Counted from the first letter of the stretch, positions 27,097 to 37,554 are shown. The stretch is DNA of 64,000 bases from Myxococcales bacterium (GCA_037441385.1 JBBISH010000015.1:1-64000), one strand, 5' to 3'. Notes: generated from the sequence alone by a model not told the origin. A program made the numbers and translations.

Positions 27097-27309
27097 CTCG
27101 CGATGGCTACTGACCGTGGTTCGGGCGGCAGGGCTGGAGCCACCGTGGCGATGGCCTGAGTTGGGTTGGGTTCGTGGCCGCTGCTGGCCCGGGTCCCCAG
27201 TTCATCGATCCGCCCGGAACGGATTCGGTATCAGACTATGCGGCGCACCCGCTGCGGTCAACCAACCGCGGCCCACAGCGCCGCGCCGCGGGCACCAAGT
27301 CTTTGGCGT

Positions 27310-28218
27310 CTAGCGGAATTGCAGCCCACCGGTCAGCTTGCGGCGCCCCACCAGGCCTACGCAGCGCGCGCGTTGGCCCAGCGAAGAGTCCGCAGTCACG
27401 GTCGCCGGCACCGCCTGCAGCAAACGCCGCACGACGTGGGCCAGCCACGGCCGCGCGCCGGCCAACAGTCCGCACAACACCAGGCGCTCGGCGCCCCCCA
27501 GCCAGACCTGCTCCAGCGCAAGGTGCGCGGCCACTCCGTCTTGCACTTCGCCGGCCGGCAGGGCAAACCGAAGCGCGTCCAAGTGGGCTCCGCGGTCCAA
27601 AGCCTCTAGGGTGGCGGCGTCGACCAGCCAAGGCGCAAGGCGGCTGTGCAAGGCCGGCAGCGCCGGGTCCAGAGTCGGCGCCAGCCACGACCCCAGAACC
27701 ACGCGGGGCGCGGCGGGCGGTTGCAGCACGGGCGGGCTCGCCCACTCGGCAGGCACGTCGCCGCTCACCACCTCGCGCAACACCAGCAGGCCGTCTGGCT
27801 TGAGCTCGCGGGCCACTTTGTTGAGCACCCAGGCCGGATTGCGGTACGACGCCAGCGTGTCGAACAGCGCGATCCGGTCAAAAGACGCGGGGCCAAACGC
27901 CACGTCGCCGTAGCCGCGCGGCAAAAGGGTCAGGTGGGCGGCCACTTCGGGTCGCATTTGCGCGTGCCAAGCCCGCAGCTCGCCGTCGTCCAGGTCGGTG
28001 ACCGAGACCCAGTGCTCCGCGGCGGCCAGTTGTTCGGCCAGCTGTCGCGGGGCAGAACCGGCCAAGAGCACCCGCCCAGGCGCCTGCGCGAGCAGCCACG
28101 CGTCCAAGGGCGGCAGAATGAGCGACGCAGCTTCGGCGTGTCCGGCATGGGGCGGCGGCGGCACCGCGTGGTTGCGCCGGACTCCCTCGATTTCGCGGCG
28201 CAGACGCACCATCGGCAA
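27310..28218 (-). CDS. Class I SAM-dependent methyltransferase-like protein (possibly degenerate; start uncertain)
   Basis: FGPASFDRI and VLNKVARELKPDGLLVLRE resemble class I MTase motifs. The glycine-rich motif I is poorly conserved (LLAGSAPR). Confidence 0.55.
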   Translation of the reverse strand: MPMVRLRREIEGVRRNHAVPPPPHAGHAEAASLILPPLDAWLLAQAPGRVLLAGSAPRQLAEQLAAAEHWVSVTDLDDGELRAWHAQMRPEVAAHLTLLPRGYGDVAFGPASFDRIALFDTLASYRNPAWVLNKVARELKPDGLLVLREVVSGDVPAEWASPPVLQPPAAPRVVLGSWLAPTLDPALPALHSRLAPWLVDAATLEALDRGAHLDALRFALPAGEVQDGVAAHLALEQVWLGGAERLVLCGLLAGARPWLAHVVRRLLQAVPATVTADSSLGQRARCVGLVGRRKLTGGLQFR

Positions 28219-28269
28219 AGCCTCGGGATTAGAGATGGAAGCGGCGAGCGGCCGCGCGGCAGACGCCGG

Positions 28270-28620
28270 TCAGCCCGGCGGCCAAGCCAAGGTCCGCCCG
28301 GCCAGCAAGTGCGCGTGCAAATGGAAGACGCTCTGACCTGCGCCGGCCCCGGTGTTCAACACGGTTCGGTAGCCCGAGTGCACCAAGCCCAATTCGGCCG
28401 CCGTGGCGCGCACGCCGGCCAGGACCTTGCCCAGCAGCACGTCGTCGTCGCCGGTCGAGTCGGCCAAAGAGTCGACATGCTGCCGCGGGATCACCAGGAC
28501 ATGCGTGGGCGCCTGCGGATGCAAGTCGCGAAAAGCGACCACGTCCGCATCTTGGTAGACGAACGGCGTTCCCAGTTCGCCCTGGGCTATCTTGCAGAAA
28601 ATGCAGGATTTGTCGCCCAT
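28270..28620 (-). CDS. hinT: HIT-family (histidine triad) nucleotide hydrolase
   Basis: CIFCKI, FRDLHPQAPTHVLVIP, GQSVFHLHAHLL, WPPG C-terminus. Confidence 0.93.
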   Translation of the reverse strand: MGDKSCIFCKIAQGELGTPFVYQDADVVAFRDLHPQAPTHVLVIPRQHVDSLADSTGDDDVLLGKVLAGVRATAAELGLVHSGYRTVLNTGAGAGQSVFHLHAHLLAGRTLAWPPG

Positions 28621-28627
28621 CGTGGGC

Positions 28628-28753
28628 CTACTTGCCGCCGCGAGCGGCCTTGGCAGCGGCCTTGGCGGTCTCGATCAAGCGCTTGACGCGGGCGATCTTC
28701 TTCTTGCGGCGAACGATGCGGCGAATTTCGGGGGTGCGGCTTCCGCTGCCCAT
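28628..28753 (-). CDS. Small very basic protein (41 aa), DUF6800-like
   Basis: GGAGG RBS then MGSGSRTPEIRRIVRRKKKIARVKRLIETAKAAAKAARGGK; ends 7 bp before hinT. Confidence 0.7.
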   Translation of the reverse strand: MGSGSRTPEIRRIVRRKKKIARVKRLIETAKAAAKAARGGK

Positions 28754-28859
28754 GAGGAACCTCCGGGAAATGCGATAGTAAGACGGTGTTCGGGATGCTG
28801 TTGTCCGTATCGCAGCCATCGGCGAACGGGCGCCCGGCGCATCCTGCGGGCGCAACAGG

Positions 28860-31496
28860 TTACAGTGGCAGGCGATGCTCCGTCAACTGGGCTGCGCCAT
28901 CGCGCCAGGCCACCAGGACCAGGCTGTAGTGCCCGGCGCGCATCCGGCAAAAGGCCAGCGCACCCTGGGGCACGCCCATCAGGCTCAGGACCCGTGCGGC
29001 ACCTGGGATCGCGACCGCGGGATCGGCGCGCAACGTCTTGGCGTCGACCCCAAGAAGCAGCGCATCTTGCGAGGGCGCCGATGCCGTGGGCAGCGCGGCG
29101 ATCCACAACCTGCCGGCGGCGCGGTCCAGAGTCCAGGCGTGGTCGACGGCGATCGGTTCGAGCGGGGCGAACCGCCGACGCAGATCGGAAGAGGCGAACA
29201 CGACGCGGCCCTGCCGCAGGACCAGCAGGCTTGGCTCGTCGCGGATGGCGGTGGCGTCAAAGGGATCGTGGTAAGTAAAGCGGGCGAAGATGCGGTCCTG
29301 CTCGGGCCAGGCGACGGCGGAACGCACGCCGGCCACGTACTCGCCCAAGTCGGCGTCGCTGAGGCGCAGGATCGGTTTGCCGGACGCATCGATCAGCGCC
29401 ACAGCAAAGTTCTTGGGATTCTGCCGTTCGCGCAGATGCGCCACTACCAGCATGCGGTCGGGCAAGTTCTCGATCCCCACCGCCGACTGCAGCGCCGGCT
29501 GGGTGCGCTGCTGACTCGCCACTTCCAGGGTATGGGCGTCGAGCGCGGTGAGCGTCGACGCGGCACCGCGGAGGCTGTGGCGACCCAGGAGCAAGAACTG
29601 CCTTTGCGTAGGCTCAAGGGCAGAGCCCAGCAGCAGATCGTCGCCCCGCAAGGCCTGGACCAGGTCGATCCCGCCTTCGACATGCGGAGGTTCGCCGGGC
29701 AACTGCTCGAAGACGACCAAGCGGCTCTGCGACAGACCGACTAGCCGCACCGCATCACCGACCGCGGCCAGCCGCACGGGCGCGTTGGTATCGATAGGCC
29801 ACGCCTCGGGCAAGGCGAACGGCTGCAAGCCCAACGTGTCGAGCACGACACTGAGCCACAAGCGCCCTTGCACCACGATGAGGCGCTCGTTCACGACCGC
29901 ACAGGCCACCGGCGCCTGTTCCAGCTTGTGCAAACCGGGCGGCACGGGCGCGGCGCGCAAGGCCGGTCCAGCGACCCGATCCAACCGAGACTGCAAGGCC
30001 TGAACGACATCGGCCGGCTCCAGATGAACCAGTTCGCTCAGAACGTGCCGCGCGGCAAAGTAGGCGCCCCGCCCCAGCGCACTCTCGAAATCGCGGGTGA
30101 GGTGGCCGCGACGTTCGGCGACCTGGCGCGCGGCGGCTAGGTCTTTGCGCAGCGACTTGAGGGCCGGCGATTGCGCCGCATTGCCGCGCCCCCACTGGCC
30201 AATCGCGGCGGCGGCGTCGTCCAGCTCGCCGTGGTCGATCATCAGCTGAACAGCTTCGACAAAGGCCGCTTCCTCAGCTTGCCGAAGCTCGCTCTGCCAT
30301 GCGGCCACCGCCTCGGCAGCCTGACGAGCCGTGGGCGTCGCGAGCCACTCGGCCGGCAGGCGCTGCAGGTGGCTCTGCAACTCTTCTGGATCGCCGTCTG
30401 CGCCAAGTTGACGCAAGGCCAGGACGGCCGACAGCGCCGGCAAACGCTGCGAGAGGGGCTGCTGGCGGCAAAAGCCCGCGACCTCTGCGATCGCCTGCCA
30501 CGCGGCCAGCAGGTCCGCAGCGATGGTGCTGGGCGGTTGCACGACTCCGCGCTCGGCCAGACTCGCCAGGACCGCCCACCGATCCAGGTTGGCGCCAGCC
30601 TGAGCCTGTGCCCACAACTGCGCCACCTCGGCCGCCGCCAGCTGCGACTGGACGTGCGCCAACCAGGCCCGGTCCGCGTCGCTGGCACCGGGCAGTTGGG
30701 TGAGCTGGCGGGCTGTGGCCAAAGCGGCCGGCCATTGCAAGGCATCGGCCTGCTGGTCAAGCTGGGCGCGCAGAAGTTCAGCCTGCGCCTGCCATTGCAG
30801 GGCCTGGCAGCGGGCGCGCAAGCCTGCAAACACTGGGGTCGTCCCCCAGCGCGGCTCGGCCTCGGCCAGTAGACTGACGGCGCGCTCGGCAGCCCTGGCT
30901 TCGATCGCCGCGGCGACCGCGGCCAGGGCCTCGCTGGCTTGGGCGTTGCGCTGACGCCGCAGCTGCTCCAGGAAAGCGAGCGCCTCGCCGTCCAACTTAC
31001 TTTCGGCGGCTTGAAGCATGGCCACCGCCCGCTCTAGCCCCGACTCTGCCAGTTCGCGCTTGGCCAGGCGGAGCAACGCGGCGGGATCGCCTTGGAGGGC
31101 CAGGCGACTGTCCAACTCGACCGCGCGCGGGTGCTGCACGCCGGCAGCAGCGCGGGCCACCAGCCGGGTCAGGTCGCGGGCGGCGCCTTTGGCGTCCGGG
31201 GCCAGGGCAAACTCGGGCTCGTCGAGCCAAGCCGCCACCTCGGCCAGGTCACCCAGACGCTCGACCAAGAATTCCGCATAGCGCGCCGTTGCCTCTAGCG
31301 CATGACGACCCGGCGTGGCCCGGACCGCCTGCCGGTACAGGTGGCGTGCGGCGTCGAAATCAAACGCCTCTTCTGCGTCTTGGCCTTGTTGCCAGGCAGT
31401 ATCGGCCGAAAGTTGCCGAAGTCCCGGCGGCTCGCCTGGCAGGATCTCGGCCAGCGCGGGCCGCGACCAAGCGCCCTTGTGCGTGATTTGGGTCAT
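28860..31496 (-). CDS. Hypothetical protein (878 aa): helical TPR-like N-part, beta-rich C-part
   Basis: Long ORF. ATG at 31496 lies 11 bp after the stop of the upstream gene; the track start at 31814 overlaps that gene. Confidence 0.7.
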   Translation of the reverse strand: MTQITHKGAWSRPALAEILPGEPPGLRQLSADTAWQQGQDAEEAFDFDAARHLYRQAVRATPGRHALEATARYAEFLVERLGDLAEVAAWLDEPEFALAPDAKGAARDLTRLVARAAAGVQHPRAVELDSRLALQGDPAALLRLAKRELAESGLERAVAMLQAAESKLDGEALAFLEQLRRQRNAQASEALAAVAAAIEARAAERAVSLLAEAEPRWGTTPVFAGLRARCQALQWQAQAELLRAQLDQQADALQWPAALATARQLTQLPGASDADRAWLAHVQSQLAAAEVAQLWAQAQAGANLDRWAVLASLAERGVVQPPSTIAADLLAAWQAIAEVAGFCRQQPLSQRLPALSAVLALRQLGADGDPEELQSHLQRLPAEWLATPTARQAAEAVAAWQSELRQAEEAAFVEAVQLMIDHGELDDAAAAIGQWGRGNAAQSPALKSLRKDLAAARQVAERRGHLTRDFESALGRGAYFAARHVLSELVHLEPADVVQALQSRLDRVAGPALRAAPVPPGLHKLEQAPVACAVVNERLIVVQGRLWLSVVLDTLGLQPFALPEAWPIDTNAPVRLAAVGDAVRLVGLSQSRLVVFEQLPGEPPHVEGGIDLVQALRGDDLLLGSALEPTQRQFLLLGRHSLRGAASTLTALDAHTLEVASQQRTQPALQSAVGIENLPDRMLVVAHLRERQNPKNFAVALIDASGKPILRLSDADLGEYVAGVRSAVAWPEQDRIFARFTYHDPFDATAIRDEPSLLVLRQGRVVFASSDLRRRFAPLEPIAVDHAWTLDRAAGRLWIAALPTASAPSQDALLLGVDAKTLRADPAVAIPGAARVLSLMGVPQGALAFCRMRAGHYSLVLVAWRDGAAQLTEHRLPL

Positions 31497-31507
31497 GCGA
31501 AGCGGGC

Positions 31508-34500
31508 CTAGTTGGTGGTGCAGACGCCGCTTTGGCAAGTGCCGGCGCCGCAGGCCGTGCCGTCGACGATCTCGACATAGCTGCAGCCGGTCCCGGTCTT
31601 GCAGCTGTCGATAGTGCACGGATTGAAGTCGTCGCAGCTGGGTGCCGTGGGCAGGACCAGCAAGCGCAGCAGATCCGAAGTGGTGTCCAACTCGGCCAAC
31701 GCGCCAACCGCAAGCCAACCCCAGTTCCAAGGCATGACCGCGCGGAGCACGTCGGCCTTGTCGTTGCCCGCGGCCCAGCTGGCCGTGACGGTGTTGTCGC
31801 TGCCGATGAGCCACAACATCCCGTCGAACCCGAAGGTTTTCTCGCTGGCGGCGCCGCTGTAACCCACGGCGGCCAGGCTGCCGTCGGGCTGTAGGGCCAT
31901 GCCGTAGATGCGCGCGGTCTTGAGGCCGGCGAAGCTGGGCGCTTGCGGCGTGGTGGCGGCGACGATGGCGCTGGAGCTGACCACGCCGGCCAAGTTACAG
32001 CGAGCCACGTAGGCCTGCCAGGTGGGCGGACTGGCCGCCGCCTTGCCGCTATCGGTCGCGCCGGCGACGGTGACGTTGCCGTTGGCTTGGATCGCCACGG
32101 CCGACAAGGTGGTGTTGCTGGCACCTTCTGCCAAGGCCACCTGCGCGGCCACTGCACCGCTGGCGACGCTGAGGCGCGCAAACAGGCCCTTCTGCACCGT
32201 GGTTTGGTCGTCTTGGCCCACGGCCACCACTTCGGTGCCGCTTGGGGCCAAGGCCACGGACTGCAAGGTGTCGTTGCCGCTGCCGCCCAGGAACTTTTGC
32301 CACAGGAGGTTGCCGTTGGCGTCCAGGTGGACCACCCAACCGTCTTGGGCGTCGGCGGTGGCGCTGGGATCGCTCGCGCTGCCCACGGCGATGAGGTCGC
32401 CCGTGGGCAAGGCGGTAAGGCCGCTCAATTTGGCGCTGGCGCTGCCCACCTTGAGGAGCTGGCTGGTGGCGACATTGCCAGTGCTGAGGTCCATGCGCAC
32501 GAACCAGCCCGCGCTGGGGCTGCCGGCTTGGCCGATGGCGACGATGGCGTCGCCCTGCACCGCGACACCTTGCAGGACGTTGGGCGAATTGCCCGCGCTC
32601 AAAGCCTTCTGCCATAGCAGCTTGCCGTCGGCGCCGAAGCGAGCGGCGTAGCCGCGCAGGTCGCCCGGTGTGATTTCGCGAGCGCCAACCACCACATAGC
32701 CGCCATCACCGGCCGCCGCAACGGCCGTGGCCAAGTCGACCAGAGTGGTGGCGTCGCTGGCCAGGCTCAGCACCTGAGTCGCCTTGGGCACCACGCAAGT
32801 GCCGTCGGACGTACAGGTTTCGCCCAAGGTGCACGGGTCCGAATCGCTGCACACCTGCCCGGCCGCCTGTCCGTTGTTGCACTTGCCGCCCACGCAGGTG
32901 TCGGCGGTGCACTGGTTGCCGTCGTCGCACGGCGCCACGTTGTCGGCGGTGCAGGCTTTGGGCCCGCAAACGGTGGTGGTCAGGTCGCAGGCTTGATTGA
33001 CCGCGCACATCGAGTCGTCCAGGCACTCGATGCAGGTGCCCGTCATCGACTTGCAGGCCACCAGCTGGTAGGCGTTCGAGTCGCCCGCAAAGCCCGAGAT
33101 ACGCAGGTAGAACTTGGTGCTTTCGTCGCTCTGGTAGGTGAACTGCTCGGGGGCCTGCTTGGTGGCCGACACCGCGACCGGCGCAGCGAACTTGTTCACT
33201 TTGTACAGACGGATGTCCAAGTCGCCCAGCGTCTGATCGAATTTGGCGGTCACGGTCAGCGTCTCGCCCTTCTTGAGATCGATCGTGTACCAGTCCAGAT
33301 CGTACGGGCACAGCGACAGGTCGGGCGTGACTCCCATCAGCAGCGGCGAGGCGATTTGCGGCGCGCTGTTGGGTTCAAAGACGTCGGGCAAACAGAGCTT
33401 GATGACCTCCATGGCCGCAGCGTCGGTGTTGTTCAGTTCCTGGCTCTCGGCCACGCTGCCGGTGGCGTCCGCGGCCACGATCACGTAGGCCGGGCCGGGC
33501 TTGGCGTCGACCGGGATCATCGCCTTGTCGTCCACGGCCTTGCTGGCCTTGCCGGTGAGCGCCGTCATGGGCCGCAAACTCATCAACGCATCACTGGAAT
33601 CGAGCTTGTTGTCCTGCGAGAAGTAGTAGCCGTACCAGAAATCGGTCGACGCGTCCTGGCACGCATTGCTCAGCTGCACGGTCAGGTAGATGTCTTCGCC
33701 CTGAACGACCTGCGCCGGGAACACCGACTGAATCTTGGCCAACAGATCCACGCCCTTGCCGCCGTCGACGAACAGGGTGTAGCCAAAACCACCGGTCGGC
33801 TTGATGCCGGGCGACTTGTACGAGGCCTGCAGGTAGTAGGTGCCGTCGTCCGGCGCCGTAAAGGGCACCTTGCCGTTGCCCCCCTGGGTCTTGAGGGGCG
33901 GCAGGTTGGGATTACCAAAGATCTTGAGCTGATACGCGTTTCCAGGGTGATTGAAGTCCAGGTTGATGACTTCGCCCTTCTTCATGACCAGCTTGAACCA
34001 GTCTTCGTCGCCCAGGCACAGGCTCAAGGTGGCCTGGCCACAGCCGATTTCGGGCGCCGACGCCACGGCGTTGTTCGACTCGTACGGATCGGCCAGGCAC
34101 ACGTCGGTCGGGTCGGGCTCGCTGACACTGACCGTGATGTCGTAATCATACGGAATTGCAGTAGTTTCTGGCAGAACGTAGACATGGACGTAGAACGTCC
34201 CGCCCACCTGGACATACGGGATGGTCGCTTTGCTGCTCGCCGCGCTCGCCGCGCCGGCCAAGACGCCCGCCTTGCTCGAGTCGATGATCTGCACGCCGAC
34301 CAAGCCCTTGCCGGATTGGTACTTCCAGTTGAGCTTGACCGAAAGGGCTTTGCCGGTTGGAACTTGGATGCTGTACCAATCGGGCAGGCCGGGGCACACG
34401 TTCAGCGCCTGCAGCAAGGTGCCGGCGGGCGGCAACGCCGCGGCGGTGTCGGCGGTGTGGTTGCCCGCGTACGCGTCGGGCTGGCAGGTCTGGGTCGTGC

Positions 34501-37366
34501 TGAGCTGGAGGCTATTGGAGAGCGAGACATTGTTGGTTTCGTTGGTCTCTGCGATCACCTTGCCGGTGTCCACTTGGGCCAACACCGTCCAAACGCCGCC
34601 TGCGACGATCGGCAGCAACAAGGTTTCGCTGCTCTCGACCGTGACGCTGGCGTCCATGCCGTTGATGTAGTCGACATCCTTTAGGATCTTGTCGTTCTCG
34701 TCGACCAGGCCGTCTTGGCTGAGCAGGTAGCGCACGGTAAAGGGCGCCGCGGCCTTGTCGCCCAGGTTGGTGACCTTGAGCTTGGTCTTGATGAGCGCGC
34801 CCGGGAAAGTGACGCTGGGCGACACGGAAAGCTGGCCGGCGAGCAAGTCCACGCCGTTGGCCGGGGCCAACACCTGCACTTGCAGGGTGTACTGGGCCTT
34901 GGTGGCCAGGGTCTTGGGCGCGACATGGATGTAATAGTCGCCGCCGGTCGTCACCGTCAGGGCCGAGGCCTTCTTGGCGGCCGAGGTCAGCTTCTGCCCG
35001 TCGATCAGGGTCTTGCCATCAGGTGCCCAGATCTCGATGTCCAGATCCGACGGCACCACCACGGTGGAGACGAGCGGGGTGGCCACGAGGTTGACCAGCA
35101 GCGAATTGCCCTTGGGTACTGTGACTTTCCACCAGTCGTCGTTGCCGCACGAGCCGAGCACGGCCGTGGCGCTGGCCGGCAGCGGGGCCGCATTCTGCAG
35201 CGTGTTGTTGTTGACGCCAGCGACGTCCGCGTCGTCTTCGAAGCAGCCGCCCTTGGCGCCGCTGACGGTGATCGGCGTGGCCGAGGCTGCCGCGTTGTTG
35301 CCCTTGTTGGTTTCTTTGGTGTTGGCGACCTTGGCGTCCAGAATCACGCACACGTACCAGCTGGTGATCGTGTGATCCAAGCCGATCGGCATAGTGATGT
35401 CCTGGACCACATCCACGGCGCTCAGGGCGTCGGCGCCCGAGTCGAGGGTCTCGGCAATCAGGATGTTGAGGCCTTGGGCCACCAGCGACGCGCCGCACTG
35501 CTTGTTCGGGCTGAGGGCGACCCAGGTGGTCGACGCGGCCGCGCCGGTGGTGCCGTCGTTGCGGACCGTGTACGAGACCTTGATCTTCTCGCCCGCGACG
35601 ACGCTGGCCGGGTGCACGCCCACGGCTTCGGGCCAGAGGTCGACGTTCTGCTGGGCGGTCAGGATCAGCTTGTCGAACACGGCGACGTTGTTGCCTTCGT
35701 CCAGCTCGGCGACCACATTGGCCGGGTCGATGCGCAAGTAGATGTAGTAGTTCTGTACCGGCGTCGTGTTGGCGATGGTCACCAGGGTGGTGCCTTCCTT
35801 GGTCTCGCCCGCGGCCAGCGCCGGGATGGTGAAATCCTTTTGGTTGGTGATGCAGGTGTTCTTGGAAAACGCCTTGTCCGGGCAGAAATAGATGCTGGCG
35901 GGCGACGGCGTGGCGATGGCGGTGTTGCCGGCGTTCTTGACCGACCACTGCACGCCCACCTGGCCGCCCAAGAAGGTGCCCTTGGGCTTGACGGTCATCG
36001 AGACCAGATCCAAATCCACGCCGTTTTTGACCAGTTTCTTGACTTTGACCGGCTGCGGGGCCACCGCGACGTTGTTGCCTTCGTTGCTCTCGGCCAACTG
36101 GTTCTTCACGTCGGCCGCGGCGATCAGGTAGTAGTCGCCATCGGGCACGTCGGGGATGATCGCCGAATAGTTGAGCGGCAGCGTGGCCTTGGGCGACAAC
36201 TTGAGCAAATTGCTGGTCGCCAGCTTGGTCAGCATGTGGTCGACCTGGCTCGGGTCGTCTGGGTCCTTGGTCGGGTCGTAGTCGAGCTTCTTGTCGGCAG
36301 AGAGGAACACCGCGTACTTGCTGGCTTTGGCATCGCCAGCGCCGATGTTCGACACCTCGTGCGAGTAGGTGAGCGAGTCGCCGGGCGAATAGGTCAGCGC
36401 GCTATCGAACTCAGGAGCGGTGATGACCAAGTCCGGCTGCGCCGCCTCTTGGTTGTTGACGTTCAGCAGCGAGGTAGCGACCCCAAAGTTGTCTGCTTGG
36501 TTGGCCTCGTTCAGGCTGTGACTGGGATCGACCATCACCAAGATGAAGTAGTCGCCATCGGCCACTTCGGCAGGCACCTTGAAATGGCTGGGGGCGGTCT
36601 TGGCGTCGGGATCATTGCCAAAAAACACCGTGCTTTGCGAGGTCTTGCCCGAGTCCATCTTGGCGATCGTCTCGGTGTGAACCAGCATCGCCGTTTCGTC
36701 GAGCACCTGGGTGGCCGACAGGTAGATCGCGACTTGGATGGGTTTCGCAATGGCGTCGCCGCTGTTGTCCACAGAAAAGGTGAGCGAGACGTCGCTGCCG
36801 AGCCCAACCGACGGGGGCGAGATCAGATCGACGTTGCTGAGCGACAATTCCACCGGCTCATCGACCAGCACCGTGGTAGAGGCTTCGGCCTTGACCTTGC
36901 TGTTGTAGCGCCAGTAGACCTTGACGTGGGCGTTGTACGACCCTTTGTAACTATAGGTATTTTTGACCGTGAGCCCGCCTGCTTCCTCGGGCACGCTCAG
37001 GTTGTAGACGACCGGCAGCGAGGCGTCGCCAAAATCCCACTCGACGAACAAATTGGCTGGATCATCGCCCGTCACGGTCGCCACAAATTCAACCGGGAGC
37101 GGTGCGTTGCCCGAACTTGGCTTGGCCGAGATCGACACCGACAACGTCGGCGGCTTCAAGACATCTTCTTGCTCGGCGTCGCCTTCGGCATCCGCATTTT
37201 GGACATCGGCGCCAGCGTCCGCGGTGGTCGAAGGCGAGCTGCAGCCCGCGTGCAGCCCAAGCACCACCAACAGCGCGGCAATGGATCGCCACAGGCTGCC
37301 CGGCGCCGTCGCGTACAGGGCAAGGCGGCTGCTGAATTGCGTTTGCGGGTGGCGCGTTTGGCGCAT
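31508..37366 (-). CDS. Large surface lipoprotein: PKD domain, six CARDB-like repeats, four PPC-like domains, Cys-rich repeats flanking a beta-propeller-like region
   Basis: Lipobox LHAGC. GNAPLPVEF..WDFGD. Six DxxxxxxExNExNN-like motifs. Four D-W-[WYF] motifs. ATG 37366 follows AGGAG. Confidence 0.85.
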   Translation of the reverse strand: MRQTRHPQTQFSSRLALYATAPGSLWRSIAALLVVLGLHAGCSSPSTTADAGADVQNADAEGDAEQEDVLKPPTLSVSISAKPSSGNAPLPVEFVATVTGDDPANLFVEWDFGDASLPVVYNLSVPEEAGGLTVKNTYSYKGSYNAHVKVYWRYNSKVKAEASTTVLVDEPVELSLSNVDLISPPSVGLGSDVSLTFSVDNSGDAIAKPIQVAIYLSATQVLDETAMLVHTETIAKMDSGKTSQSTVFFGNDPDAKTAPSHFKVPAEVADGDYFILVMVDPSHSLNEANQADNFGVATSLLNVNNQEAAQPDLVITAPEFDSALTYSPGDSLTYSHEVSNIGAGDAKASKYAVFLSADKKLDYDPTKDPDDPSQVDHMLTKLATSNLLKLSPKATLPLNYSAIIPDVPDGDYYLIAAADVKNQLAESNEGNNVAVAPQPVKVKKLVKNGVDLDLVSMTVKPKGTFLGGQVGVQWSVKNAGNTAIATPSPASIYFCPDKAFSKNTCITNQKDFTIPALAAGETKEGTTLVTIANTTPVQNYYIYLRIDPANVVAELDEGNNVAVFDKLILTAQQNVDLWPEAVGVHPASVVAGEKIKVSYTVRNDGTTGAAASTTWVALSPNKQCGASLVAQGLNILIAETLDSGADALSAVDVVQDITMPIGLDHTITSWYVCVILDAKVANTKETNKGNNAAASATPITVSGAKGGCFEDDADVAGVNNNTLQNAAPLPASATAVLGSCGNDDWWKVTVPKGNSLLVNLVATPLVSTVVVPSDLDIEIWAPDGKTLIDGQKLTSAAKKASALTVTTGGDYYIHVAPKTLATKAQYTLQVQVLAPANGVDLLAGQLSVSPSVTFPGALIKTKLKVTNLGDKAAAPFTVRYLLSQDGLVDENDKILKDVDYINGMDASVTVESSETLLLPIVAGGVWTVLAQVDTGKVIAETNETNNVSLSNSLQLSTTQTCQPDAYAGNHTADTAAALPPAGTLLQALNVCPGLPDWYSIQVPTGKALSVKLNWKYQSGKGLVGVQIIDSSKAGVLAGAASAASSKATIPYVQVGGTFYVHVYVLPETTAIPYDYDITVSVSEPDPTDVCLADPYESNNAVASAPEIGCGQATLSLCLGDEDWFKLVMKKGEVINLDFNHPGNAYQLKIFGNPNLPPLKTQGGNGKVPFTAPDDGTYYLQASYKSPGIKPTGGFGYTLFVDGGKGVDLLAKIQSVFPAQVVQGEDIYLTVQLSNACQDASTDFWYGYYFSQDNKLDSSDALMSLRPMTALTGKASKAVDDKAMIPVDAKPGPAYVIVAADATGSVAESQELNNTDAAAMEVIKLCLPDVFEPNSAPQIASPLLMGVTPDLSLCPYDLDWYTIDLKKGETLTVTAKFDQTLGDLDIRLYKVNKFAAPVAVSATKQAPEQFTYQSDESTKFYLRISGFAGDSNAYQLVACKSMTGTCIECLDDSMCAVNQACDLTTTVCGPKACTADNVAPCDDGNQCTADTCVGGKCNNGQAAGQVCSDSDPCTLGETCTSDGTCVVPKATQVLSLASDATTLVDLATAVAAAGDGGYVVVGAREITPGDLRGYAARFGADGKLLWQKALSAGNSPNVLQGVAVQGDAIVAIGQAGSPSAGWFVRMDLSTGNVATSQLLKVGSASAKLSGLTALPTGDLIAVGSASDPSATADAQDGWVVHLDANGNLLWQKFLGGSGNDTLQSVALAPSGTEVVAVGQDDQTTVQKGLFARLSVASGAVAAQVALAEGASNTTLSAVAIQANGNVTVAGATDSGKAAASPPTWQAYVARCNLAGVVSSSAIVAATTPQAPSFAGLKTARIYGMALQPDGSLAAVGYSGAASEKTFGFDGMLWLIGSDNTVTASWAAGNDKADVLRAVMPWNWGWLAVGALAELDTTSDLLRLLVLPTAPSCDDFNPCTIDSCKTGTGCSYVEIVDGTACGAGTCQSGVCTTN

Positions 37367-37554
37367 GGCCAACTCCTGGCAAGGCGGACGTGGGATGCGC
37401 CGGCCGAAGCTGCGCATGACGAAACGGCTACTTTAGCGCAAGTAGGGGGGTAAATTCCAATTGCCGAGTAGGGCATAGGCGGTCGGCCCGGAAGGCAGCG
37501 GGGGTCGCGGCGCGAGTGATGTCCCAATGGCCCCGGCTTGTGTAGAATTGCCGC

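Noticed and set aside
31497..31814. Track start at 31814 for the 984-aa ORF
   Set aside because: It overlaps the end of the CARDB gene; the ATG at 31496 fits operon spacing better.
32993..37453. Long + strand ORFs of 563 aa and 912 aa (similar shadows at 22377, 58424 and 62008)
   Set aside because: Antisense or alternate-frame shadows of well-supported genes, with no recognisable motifs.
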